DNA of 47,208 nt. Source: Cyanophora paradoxa CCMP329. Its lineage: Eukaryota > Plantae > Glaucophyta. Where the stretch lies: the NCBI GenBank assembly GCA_004431415.1, contig QPMI01000293.1, forward strand, positions 1-47,208, written 5' to 3'. Made by a program: the position numbers and the translations under genes. Under the pieces are notes generated by a model that searched no databases, was not told the origin of the DNA, and worked only from the letters and a program-made list of their open reading frames with translations. This document shows, in pieces, positions 11,497 to 22,800 of the stretch; positions within the stretch are counted from its first letter, which is position 1, and each line of letters opens with the position of its first letter.

Positions 11497-11859
11497 GTTG
11501 GACGCATGATTGTAGTACAAATCTGAGAACTCTAGAATACTACAAATTGCTTCAGAGCTTCTCGAGTACTTGTCTAGTACTTGTGACTACAGATCTAGTC
11601 ACTGAGTTACCTACTAAACTCATCCTTCGAGTTCGAGCGGCCAAATCCTTTGAATTTCCATCCCACTCGACTAAGCAGTATCCACTTCACTGTGAGCACG
11701 TCCAGCCTGCCCACACTTCAACTTTCATCCCCATCAGTACCACAAGTACGACTTGTAAAGTAAGACTTGTAAATTGTGCAGAGAACACAAGCTGACTCAG
11801 TGAAGCAGTTGCACAATGGCTACTTTCTGCACATTAATCTACTTCTACTTCAACAGAAT

Positions 11860-14800
11860 CTACTTCTTGAGCATGAAGATGTCCCACTTGTGCCACCAGT
11901 TGTCCTTGCCCTCCACTGTTCCCTCGTTGAAGTCCGATATTTCGCCACGCAGCGGCCGCGGGTGTGGCCGGTACGAGATAGAACGGCGGAAGGTCCTGCG
12001 ATCCTCCACCTTTCCTACAGTGACCGCGGGGCCATTCCGAAGTGCAAAAGTCATCTCGCCCTCGGCGTCCGTCTCCTCGTGCTGCATCCAACACGTGAGC
12101 AGCGGAAACGCAACGCATGCATTGGAATTGCGTAGTTACCTGCAGGGCTAGGAAGAGTTCGTACTCGGCATCCCAATCGAGCTCTACCTGAGCGTACTGC
12201 ACGTAGTAAACCGTGGATGTGTCGAAGTGCAGGACGCGCCCGGGTGCCTGTCCGTATGCTGTCTTGGACTGGTCGAATGGCACGAGGATGGTGTGTTCTC
12301 TCTCCGTACTCCTCCTGCCGCGAACCACGAGACGCGTTCGTGGCTCGAGATCGAAATGCGGCGGCCATCGCAGCTTGAGAACTGTTTTCACGATCTGTTT
12401 CCGTCCGTTCCAGATGTGCGTTGCACCTCATCTGCGAGGGCCTTCTTGGAAATGCGGCCCCCACCAGGTGCCACAAAATCGGGTGAGGCCTCAACGCGTG
12501 GTTCACATCTCTGCCAAGACGTGTAAGTAATAACGCAATGCCCACAAAATATGCCGTTGCACGCACACAACACCGCCGCCGTCTTCCGGAGACGGCTGGA
12601 CATACAGCTTTTTGTCCGTTCTGCATTTGAAACACGGCAACGCAATATCAACGTTAGCGCTGGAAAAGCGTTGTGTAAGCGTTGAAAAGTTATGCTCGCC
12701 TCAGAATGGGTCTCGAGAGTTGCGGGCGGGCATCCTCTGCGGCTCCTTCTGCGACGTTCAACCTGCAGACATTATCTGAATATTTTGTGACGTGAATGGG
12801 GCATTGCATACCGCGTGGGAGTGCTGCAGGTTCGGACAGCGTCTAGAAATGTGTCATCGACGGCGACGGGGACGACTTCACGCTTGCCCCGTTTCCTGCC
12901 ACCGTCATCCTGTTTGACTGGCTGAAATATGTATGGCGTCATATATTGGACAACCTCGTCCCCCTGTTTAATGGCGGCCCCGATGATGATGGGGTCATCC
13001 CGCGGCCACTCAATGACCACAACGAGGGGGCCTCCCCCCGACGATGTCTCCGCTGCGAGACGGGGTTCGAGCTGGGCGTACTTGTGCGTGTTGCACAGCC
13101 TCCAGGGGTGCGACGTCACCCCTGGTTGGTGATCCCATACCGCAACAACTTGCTCCGAGCCCGGAGGGAGGTCGTCGTTGGGCTTTGTGAAGCACAGATA
13201 CGACGACTTCGCATCGTATGCACTTATGTGCTCTTGTTCGCGGATGAAGTGCTGAGCACGACTGAGACTGAGAGGTTTCTCCGTTCTGATTTACAACAAC
13301 GCTACATCAACGTATGTACAACGCAAGCGTTGAGTATGCGTTGCAATGCTATGCTCGCCTGAGAAAGGGTTTGGATGAAAGCTCCAGGATCGAGCCGCCG
13401 TCTGTAGAGTTCGAGCTGCACATGTATAATTACAGTCTGATTTATTACAGTACCGATTGTATAATAATTTGCGAGGACTGCCCGTGCGCACCCGGTTTCC
13501 TGGTTTACGTAGGCCAACCGGCCCCGGGCGGGAGGGAGTATCTTGGGGGCGAGTGGACTCTCTCCGCCTGACTTGGCTTTTGCGCGCTCTGCCTTGCTGC
13601 GAAGCTGCCGAAAGCTGCTCTGCTTTCCAGGATTGAGAAGCTTGGGAAGGGGCGGCAGCTGTCGGGGATTTGGGATTATTGGCTCCGCCGCCAGCTCATA
13701 TGCAGCCTTCCTCTTCTTTCGGCTCTTCTCTGCAGGCGCCTCTGCCAGCTTCTCCGCTGCCACCGCCTTGTCCTTCTCCTTCAACTTCTTCTCGGCCGCC
13801 TTCTGCGCTGCGTGATTAGAACTCTTTCCTATGCCAGGCGCTCGCACAGAGTGACGCGAAAAACTGCACCCTCTCCTGTGCTGCCGCGGCAGCCTCTGCC
13901 TGCGCCTTCGTTTTCGCGGCCTCCTTCTCGGCTGCAGCCTTCTTTGCTGCCGCCGCCTTCTCCTTCTCCTTCGCTTTCTTCTCGGCCTCCTTCTGCGCTG
14001 CGTTATTAAAACTGTTCCCCAGGCCCGGAACGCTCGCAGAGAGTGCCGCGCAACACTGCACCTTTTCCTGTGCTGCTGCCTGCTCCGCCGTTTTTGCGGC
14101 CTGCTTTTCTGCTGCGGCCTTCTTCGCTGCCGCCGCCTTGCCCTTCTCCTTCGATTCGCCTCGGCCTCCTTCTGTGCTGCGGTATTAAAACTCTGCACTA
14201 TGCCCGGGACTGGCACAGATTGCGTTTTTAAGACTGCACCTTCTCTGTCATTGCTGCGGCCTTGGGCTTCTTCGCCTCCTTCTCCATCTCCTTCTCCTGC
14301 TTCTTGCGCTTCCCTGCTTTCTGCTTTTCCTGCTTCGCCTCCTGACCCTTCGTCTCTGCCTTGCGGTTGCGCTTCCTCGAGCTTGCCGCCTCTGCGTCCT
14401 CGTCCTCGTCCTCGCCCTCGTCCTCGCCCTCGTCCTCGTCCTCATTCCCGCTCTCGTTGTCGTCCTCGAGCTTGTCCTCTACGTCATCCTCCTCGTCGGA
14501 CTCTGCGGGCACGGAATCAACGAAAATTGCGCTGTATCTTTGCAACGCAATCAACCAACGCAATACCAACGCTTGCGTTTTCGATGCGTTGTGCATGCGT
14601 TGTACACATTGCGCACCTTCGTCTGTCGGGGGGGCGCGGACGCGTGCCTTGCCCTTCTGCTCTGCCACTTTCCTTGCCGGCTCTGCAAGTGCAAAAGTGC
14701 GCGTGAGCCTTGTGCCAACACGGAGGGAAGTTGATTACGTCAACACTATTCATCGTATGTCAATCAACGTATGCGTTGAGAGGTGTTGAAATATGCGTTG

Positions 14801-16178
14801 GGATTGCGTTGGAACAGCGTCGCGTACCTTCGCACGAGTCGTGATGTTCGATTTCCTGCTTCTTCTTGCAATTGGCCTTCCTCTTCGCCCCGGTCGCCTT
14901 GTACCTGCGTGGTAAATTGTTTCCACCGGTCAGTTTCGTATGTGTTGCTCGAAATAATGGAACTCTTGCTCACTCTCCGCTGTCCACCTTGTCCTTGCCA
15001 TCCATCCAGCCGGCTACGTTCTCCTCCATCGCCGTCAGCTTGTGAGTCCCTAGGATGAAGTCGGCGACATCCAGAATGCCGGGTCGCGAGATGCCCTCAA
15101 GCTTGTAGTGGTCGTCCGGCACCTCCTGCTCCGCTTTCCTCATCCTTAGAATGCACAGTCTGTTCGGAGTGTACGCATCAGGGGCGTGGCATCGTTGCCC
15201 CATCTTCAACGCACGCACATGTTCTCAATGTTATGAAAATAGATCTCTTTCTTGCATCTCGTGAGGGATTGAAGGTGGCTGAGGTCCTTCTTGTCGAATG
15301 GGGTGAGCAGCGGCCGCAGTCTGCTCAGCGTGTCGTGCGTTTTGCGGGTGCCGCCCCCGCACTTCTGCATCCGCGAGAGAGCGTGAGCTCGAGATATAAA
15401 CTTAAATTCTAGCTCGATAACTGAAATGAAGGGACGGCACCTTCAGAAACAGCCAGGCTCGCGGGCATGTCTCCGGAGTGTACTCCCCCCCCGATCCCTC
15501 GATCGGCTCGTCCCACAGTAGCCGCACGACGTCCCGTGCCGTGTTGCAGTCCCAGTGCCGCGCTTGCCATCCGTGTCCTCCTTCAGGTAGTTCGCGCCTG
15601 TCGCCGCCCTCTTCTTTGCTCGAGGTTCACCTGCAGAGGCGAGCGCAGCTCCGACGGATGTCTGGACCTGCAAGCGCAACACCTCCACGAGCGAACTCAG
15701 CTGCGCCGAGTCCGACGAAGTCGCCGCCTGAACCGGCTGCTGCGCCTTGCCGCGCTTCATGAGCTTCACAAGTTCGGGGTCGGCGTTGCTGTCGCCGTCC
15801 TCGTGCGCTGGCTGCATGTCCCGCCGCACGACGTAGAAGAAACATCCGGGACTGAGCTTCGGCAGCTTCCGAGACGCAGTCCTCAGATCGAGGGTGTCCG
15901 CCTCCGGATCGTAGAAGTACAGGTCCAGGCCCGCAGGTCCGACGGATTGCGTGAAGCGGAGCTGCCGCTCCGCATCCTTCATGAGCTCCGCAGGCCATCC
16001 CGTGCCTCCCTCGACCTCGATGGTCACCGTCGCTGCGTCACGGGCAAGGTGCACGCGCGGTCGGGCATCATGATCAGCGCGGCGCCCGGTGCGCGCCTTC
16101 GCATCACAGCTCAAGAGTATCGAACCTTTGGTCGTAGTAAGGCCCTTGCTTGGCCACTTTGCCCTTCTTGGGCGCCAT
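11860..16178 (-). CDS. Transposon ORF2: large multi-exon protein of unknown function (N-terminal domain, acidic tract, K/A/E-rich repeats, C-terminal globular region)
   Basis: Starts MAPKKGKVAK at 16178. Most exons join in phase (e.g. HDSCE|EPARK, TDE|ESDEEDD, ETG|SNSTDGG, PFLR|TEKPL, PILR|TDKKL, LALQ|HEETD). Ends WWHKWDIFMLKK* at 11860. No family recognised. A few joins need indel correction and the join near 15200-15290 is unresolved. Confidence 0.7.
13803..14290 (-). repeat. Three tandem exon+intron units (~180-190 bp) in ORF2
   Basis: Three homologous phase-0 introns (gtgcagt...taat..cgcagc(g/a)cag; e.g. 13803-13869), each followed by a KEAE/KAAE-type K/A/E exon. Confidence 0.85.
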
Positions 16179-16294
16179 GTGCGGACCGCCCCGCCCGCTG
16201 CCGCAGTGCTGTCTGCCGGCTGCTGCTGTGCGCACTACCTACTAGCCTAGTAGTATAGTACTATTGCATCATACGCTGCGAGTCGTAGTAACCC

Positions 16295-16402
16295 CCCCAA
16301 CGCAAGCTCCGGCTGCGCTGGCCGGCGCATTTTTTTCTGCGATGGCTCAAAAGCGTGCGCCATAAAAATAAGATGGCGCGCCATTTTATTTGGCGCACTA
16401 CA
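16295..16402 (-). repeat. Right terminal inverted repeat (~108 bp)
   Basis: Ends ...CCATTTTATTTGGCGCACTACA, an inverted copy of 6263-6371. Confidence 0.95.
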
Positions 16403-16407
16403 CGGGC
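16403..16407. repeat. Right target-site duplication CGGGC
   Basis: Identical to 6258-6262. Confidence 0.9.
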
Positions 16408-16880
16408 TAAGACCAGAAAACGCGGAACCAGTGTTAAAAAATAAACAATTTTTGGAGAATTTTATGGCAAAAGTTAGAATTACGGAAGAACAAGCAAAAC
16501 TAATAAAAGAGAAAGCTAGAGCAAGAGCTGCGCGATAAAATGTCTGAATTAAATGAGTTAATGGAAGTTATTACAAATCGCTTCCATTCAGGTCTTGCAA
16601 GTTGCGAACGAAGTGGTTTCGGTTACCGGTACCAGACCGGCTCCATAAGCGTCCTTCGGGATCGGCGACCTGCCGCTGCGCTGGCCATGCCTGCAGGAGC
16701 ATAGCTGCAGCTATTTTTGAGCGCGAGGGCCCGTAGAAGTAGATAGCAGAGCTGCAGCAAGATTCAGGAAGCCGGGCGCCGGCGCGCGCGAGGCCTAGGC
16801 GTGCCCCGATTCATTGGGAGGCCTGAGTGGAGATCCGCGTCCGTCCGCTTCATTTCTCGCTGTTGCGAGGTAGCTGCATC

Positions 16881-19800
16881 ATGCGTATGCGCGGGGACGC
16901 CTTAGCTACGCGCGCCTCGCGGCGCATCTGCACCAGCCGTTTTTCTTGGTGCTTCGGCTCGGCCCGGTGGATCGCTCCGGCGCTTCTCCTCCTGGCTGTG
17001 CTGCAGTCTGCCGAAGCGCAGGGCGTGCCCCCTCCGACGCGCGTCGGGCCAAACCGGCCGCTCCCGGCAACAACGAAGACGGCCGGCAAGTTCAGGCTGG
17101 CTGCGTTCCTGCCGGAGAGCGCGGGGGCGGCGCGCGTGCGGGCGGGCTTTGTGTTTGCGGTGGACCTCATCAACAATGACACATCGATCCTGCCGCAGCA
17201 CCTCCTCGAGCCCCTGTGCGCACGCCCGCGCGCCACACGCGACACCACCCGAGCCCGGCCCCTCGATGCCCGCGCTGCTCCGCCCTGGGCTCCCCCCGGG
17301 TGAAGCCGTATCTGCACGCTGCAGCTGACGGGTTGCGATTGGCGAGCAGGATCTTCAGCGTCGGCGTCGGGTCAGTGAACGCGCCCCAGCAGTCGGTGCA
17401 GCTCCTCGAGCACAGCTTGACGGCCGTGATAGGTGCGCTCCCTCGCGCTCGCTCGCATCCGCTCTAGATCCTCGCCCCTCCGTCTTATCGTGCCCGCCCC
17501 TGGGCCCGCGCGTGCTCAGGCCCCACAACGTGCGTCTCGCTCGAGCTCGCGCGCCGGCGCCGCGCGCCGCCGCCGACGCCGGAGCCGCGGGCAGGTCGTC
17601 TGTAGCGAAGCCGGCGGCCTTCCTCCTGCGCCCCTACAGGCTCGTCCAGATCAGCCCTGGTGCGCCCTCGCCCTCGGCGCCCGCCGCCGCGGCCCCGCGC
17701 GGGGCGCGGTCGTGGGGTCTGATGGAGGGCGGCCCCGCGGGACAGCCGCCACGGACCCCGAGCTGAGCCAGAAGAGCCTGGTGCGTCCCGCCCCCCCTTC
17801 CCCAGCCTCGCCGTCCCCGCGGCGCCGCCCCGCCCGCTCACATCCCTGACCCGCCCTCCCCTCGCGGCGCCCGCTCCCAGTACGACGGCTTCCTGCGAAA
17901 CATTCCGTCGGACGTGCTGCAGGGCCCGGCGCTGGCGCGCACGATCGTGGGCCTCGGCTGGCGCGCCTGCGGCGTCCTCTACGCCGACGACTCCTACGGC
18001 CAGGCCCGCCCCGCCCCGCCCCGCCCCCGCCCGCCGTGGAGAGCCGCCTTGCAGCTGACGCGCGCCGGCGCCGCGCAGAACATCGCCAAGTCTTTCATCA
18101 CGGAGGCGCAGAGCATCGGGCTCCGCGTCGGCGCCTTCGCAACCTTCTCCGACGGCGCGCCCGCCCGCCGCCGCCTCGCGCCCCGAGCCCAGCCGCCCCA
18201 GCTGAGGGCGGCGCAGCGAGCCCGGACAAGACGCCGCAGCTGCTGACCATCAAGGCGGCATCCGTTTTCGTGATCGCCGTCTTCTCGGTGAGCCGGGAGC
18301 GCGCGGGGCGGGGCGGGCCGACCGCGGCGAGCTGAGGGGGCGGGGCAGGGGGCGGCGAACCAGTCCTCCATCTTCGAGTCGGCGGAGCGCGTCGGCATGC
18401 TCGCTCCCGAGTACATCTTCCTCGGGCCCGCCCGCCCCGCCCGCCCTGCCTCAGCTAGCGCTCGGCCCCGCTGGTGCTGACGCCCGTTTGCAGGGGCGAC
18501 GGACTGACGGCCGGCCCGCGCGGCGTGCCGCACGCGATGCTGCAGGGCGCCCTGGGGCTCCAACCCGAGACGCAGGCCGTGCGCCGGCCGCCAGCGCCGC
18601 CCCGCCGCGCCGCGGGGCCGATGCGGGGCGGGGCGCGGCCGCGGGGCGCAGGCGACGCCGCAGACGGCGTCGTTCCTCGACCGGTGGGCGGCGCAGAACT
18701 CGAGCGACTACCTCGGGGCCGGCGTGCGCGTAATCGACGTCTACCCCGCCCTCACCGTCGACGCCGTCTACATGGTGCGCGCGCCGCCCCGCGCTCGATC
18801 CCGCCGCCTCCGGGAGCGACGCGCGGCGCGCAGGTCGCCCGCGCCCTCCACTCGCTCCTCGCCGAGGGCGCCGCCCTCAACGGCTCCTACGCGCGCGTGG
18901 GCGAGCGGGCGGCGGTGCCCTTCGGGGCGCAGCTGAAAGGGCGGATCATCTCGAGCCCGATCGAGGGGATCTCGGGGGGCATCGCGCTGGACGCCAACGG
19001 CGACCGCGTCGCCCCCTTCGTCCTCGTCCAGTACGACGTGCGCCCCGCGCCCCCCGCCTCTCCCGCCCCACGCGCCGCCGCCGGCGAGGCCGGGGGCCGC
19101 GGGCAGGGCGGGGCGTGGAAGCGGGTGGCGCGCTTCACCTTCGCGGGGGGCCTCGAGCCCAAGGAGCCCCCCATCGCCTGGCGCGGCGGCCTCAAGCCCT
19201 ACGACGGTGCCCCGCCCCCGCCACCCCGCCCCGTTCGGGCCGCCGCCGTGCGTGGAGGCTGACGCGCGGCAGGCTCGTGCGCGGCGGGGTCGTCGTTCGC
19301 GGTGGGGGCGGACGGGAGCCCCGGGTGCCGCCTCTGCCCCGCCGGCGCCTACTCGCAGCTGGGCTTCCGGGAGTGCCGCCCGTGCCCCGCCGGCTCCTAC
19401 TCCGCCTCCCCCGGCTCCGACCGCTGCGTCCTCTGCAGGCCCGCCCGCCCGCCCCGCCCCCGCCCCCGCCCCCGGGCCCCCTCTGAAGGGCGGGGCACCG
19501 GGGGCAGCCCGGGGACGGCGGCGGGGAGGAACGGGTCGTCGGCGTGCGAGGCGTGCGGGGCCGGCAGCTTCGCGGCGGCGGCGGGGGCCGTGGCGTGCGC
19601 CCCGTGCGAGAGGGGCACGTACGAGAACCGCGCCGCCTCCGTCGAGTGCACCCGCGCCGACGTCGACGAGTACGTCCCGGCGCCCGCCTCCCTGTGCGGC
19701 CCCGCCCCCTCCCCGGCCCCTCCCCGTCTCCCGCTCGCCTCGCCTCTCCTGATGCGGCGGCAGGCGGCCGGTGAAGTGCCCGGCGAACTCGCGGACGAAC

Positions 19801-22800
19801 CGGCTCGGGAGCTACAACATCTCCGAGTGCACCTGCACCGAGGGCCCGCCCGCCCCCGACCGCCGCGCGCCGAAGCCGTCTGAGGGAGGCGCGCAGGCCA
19901 CTTCAGCATTGCGCCGATCGACGGCGTGCGCTTCACCACGTGCTTCGACTGCGTGCCCGAGGGCGGCACCTGCGACGGCGGGCCCTTCATGCGAGTCCAG
20001 GAGGGCTACTGGCGCCTCCCCTGGGTCCGCCCGCCCGCCGGCCGCCCTCGGCCCCGCCCCCGGCTCTCCCGCCGGAGCGCGGGAGCGAGGTGCGGGGGCG
20101 TGCAGGACTACTCGACGCTGGTGCGGTGCGAGAACGGCGGCTGCCTCGGGGGCCTCGAGTCGTCCTGCGCCACCGGCTACGAAGGTAGACATTCCATCCA
20201 GTACCGGCCCCTGTTTCAACTAAAGCGGGGCAAAAAAAAAAAGGCGTCTTCTGCTCCACCTGCGGCGCGGGCTACGGCGTCTCCAACAACGCGCGCCCCG
20301 CCCCGCCCCTGCCCCTGCCCGCCCCGCGGGGCCGCTGAGGCGGGGCGGGGGCGCAGTACAACTGCCAGTTCTGCGCGAGCCCGTCGGCGAGCGCCGGCAT
20401 CCTCCTCGGCGGCCTCCTCGGTGCTCCGCCGCCCCTCCCCCTCGTCCCCCCCTGCTCCGCCCCCCGCTCTCGCCGTCTGAGGGGGCCGGGGGCAGGCTAT
20501 GTCGTGCTGGCGGCCTTCCTCTCGTACTCGGCGATCCGCTCGAGCTTCAGCCGCGCCTCGCAGATCACCATCGTCCTCCGCCTCCTCATCGACCACCTCC
20601 AGTTCAACAACTTCGTCCAGGCCCGCCCCGGGCCCCGCTCGCGATTAGCCCGCGATTGGCGCGTGCCGGGGCGCGGGGTGACGGGGGCGGGGGCGTGCGC
20701 AGAGCATCCAGCTGCGGTGGCCGAACCTGCTCACCTCCGTCCTCTCCTTCTCGTCCGCCATCAGCGACCCCGTCGCCGCCATCTTGAGCGTCGACTGCGT
20801 CATGGCCTCCGCCGACGTGCGTCGACGCCCCTCCCGCCCCCCACGCCGCGCCCCCCTCACGCCCCCGCCCCAGTACCCCCGCGACCGCGTCTACTTCCTC
20901 AAGGCCGGCACGTCGCTCCCTTCCGAAACCCGTCCGAGGTCCCGCGCGACGGCGGCTGACGCCACAGTGCAGCGGGGTACCTGGTGCTGCCTGCGATGGC
21001 CATCGTCCTGCCCGTCTTCGCCGTCTCCGTCATCGCGTGGGCCACCTACTTCCGCAGCCGCAGCCTCGCCAAGCGCGACCGGCCCGCCCCGCCCCGCCCC
21101 CGCAACGCCGGCCCTCCGCTGCCGCCCCTGACGGCCACCGCAGCGCCCAGGTGTACGACGCGTCGGTTGCGGAGGCGGAGGCGGGGGCGGGGCCGCCGGC
21201 GGAGGCGCCGGGGGAGGGCGGGGTGGGGACGGGGAGGACCGGGGAGGGGGCGATGACGGGGCGGAGGAACCCGCGCTCGCTGCGGGAGATGGGCGCCGTC
21301 ACCGCCCGCAAGGTCACCCGCGCCTTCTGGCCCGAGCCGTCCGCCCCCGCCCCGCCCCGAGAGCCCGAGCCCGAGCCCGAGCCCGGCGGGGCTGAGGCGG
21401 GGGGCGGGCGGGCAGGGTGCAGCCGGCGACGCGCCCGAAGACGGCGGAGGCGCGGGCGTTCAGCGCGAGCTGGGCGGACTACTACATCGTCTGCGCGCTC
21501 GTCTCCATGTTCCTCATCCAGCCCTCCGTCTCCTCCACCGTCCTCGACCTCTTCCGCTGCAAGACCCTCACCGGCGCCCGCTCCGGCCTCGCCCGCTCCT
21601 TCGTCCGCGGGAGCATGTGCGCCGCCCTCGAGCTCCCGCCCCCCCGCGCGCCGCCCAGGTGCGACTCGGAGGGGGCGGGGCAGGAACACGGAGTGCCTGA
21701 GCGGGGAGCACGTCTGGTGGCTCCTCGCCGTCACCATCCCCGGCATCCCCATCGTCGTCGTAGGCGCGCCCGCCCCGCCCCCTCCAGCCGGCGCCCCGCC
21801 CCGTCCGTGCAGCCGCCGCTGACACCAGCGGGGCGCGCAGGGATCCCCCTCGCCGGCTCGGTGATCCTGTGGCACTGCCGCGGCTCGCGCCTGCAGGAGC
21901 CGCGCACCTGCTTCCGCTACTCGTTCCTCTTCGAGGGGTACAAGCCGCGGTACTTCTACTTCGAGATCGTGCAGATCTACCGCAAGCTCTTCCTCGTGTA
22001 AGCCCTCCCCCCGCCGGCGCTGGGGCCGGTGCCGAGGGGCCGACGCGGGGCGGGGGCGGGCAGGCTGGTGTCGGTGTTCATGGCGGACCAGCCCGAGGGC
22101 CTCGCCTTCGTCGTCCTCGCCTTCTTCATCAGCACCGCCGGTGCCCCCGCCCCCTCCCCACCCGCCCCCGCTCCCGCCCCCCCGCCCCCGGCCTCATCAC
22201 CGCCGCGGCAGGCCTCGACCTCTTCGTGATGCCATTCGGTGCGGCGCCCCTCCCCTCTCCTCCCCCGGCCGCCTCTGCTGGGGCCGAGGGGGCGCTGTGC
22301 GCGGGGCAGAGGATCGGCTGGTGAACGGGCTGAACCTCGCCTCCGTCTGCATCAACCTCTTCACCATGTTCTGCGGCATGGTCTTCCAGGCGCGCCTCTC
22401 CGCCCCGGCGCCGCCCCCTGCACCGCCCCGCCCCCGCCCTTCCCCCGCTGACTCGCCCCGCCAGCTGGATACCTTGACGAACTCATCGCTCGCCGCCGTC
22501 GCCGTCATCCTCGCCTGTGCGCCCCCCGAGGACCGCCCCCGCCCCTCCCCGCCTCACCGCCCTCCCTCCGCCCCCCGGCAGTCGCGAACTTCCTGTTCTT
22601 CGCGGGGGCGGGGGTGGTGCTGCTGCGGGCGGTGCTGCTCGCCGGCCTGCGCCGCTTCGGCTTCCTCAAGGCCCCCGCCACCAAGGAGCGCGTCTACCGC
22701 CTCCTCCGCTACTCCTCCATCACCGAGGCCCACGTCGCCAAGTCCCTCCGTCCGCCCCCCCGCTGCTTCCCGCCTCCCGCCGCGCCCCGCTGACCCCGAG

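Larger units (their letters stand above)
6263..16402. mobile_element. 10.1-kb integrase-type (Ginger2/TDD- or GingerRoot-like) DNA transposon with two convergent genes
   Basis: ~109-bp TIRs with TGT...ACA ends, 5-bp TSD, an HHCC+DDE integrase gene, and lower GC and a different intron style than the flanking genes. No RT, gag or polymerase motifs were seen. Confidence 0.92.

Noticed and set aside
6263-16402. LTR retrotransposon (TG...CA ends, 5-bp TSD, integrase)
   Set aside because: The terminal repeats are inverted, not direct. No gag, protease, RT or RNase H motifs were seen, and the genes are intron-rich.
6263-16402. Polinton/Maverick or virophage
   Set aside because: No protein-primed PolB, packaging ATPase, protease or capsid motifs were recognised. 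The TSD is 5 bp rather than 6 and the ends are TGT...ACA.
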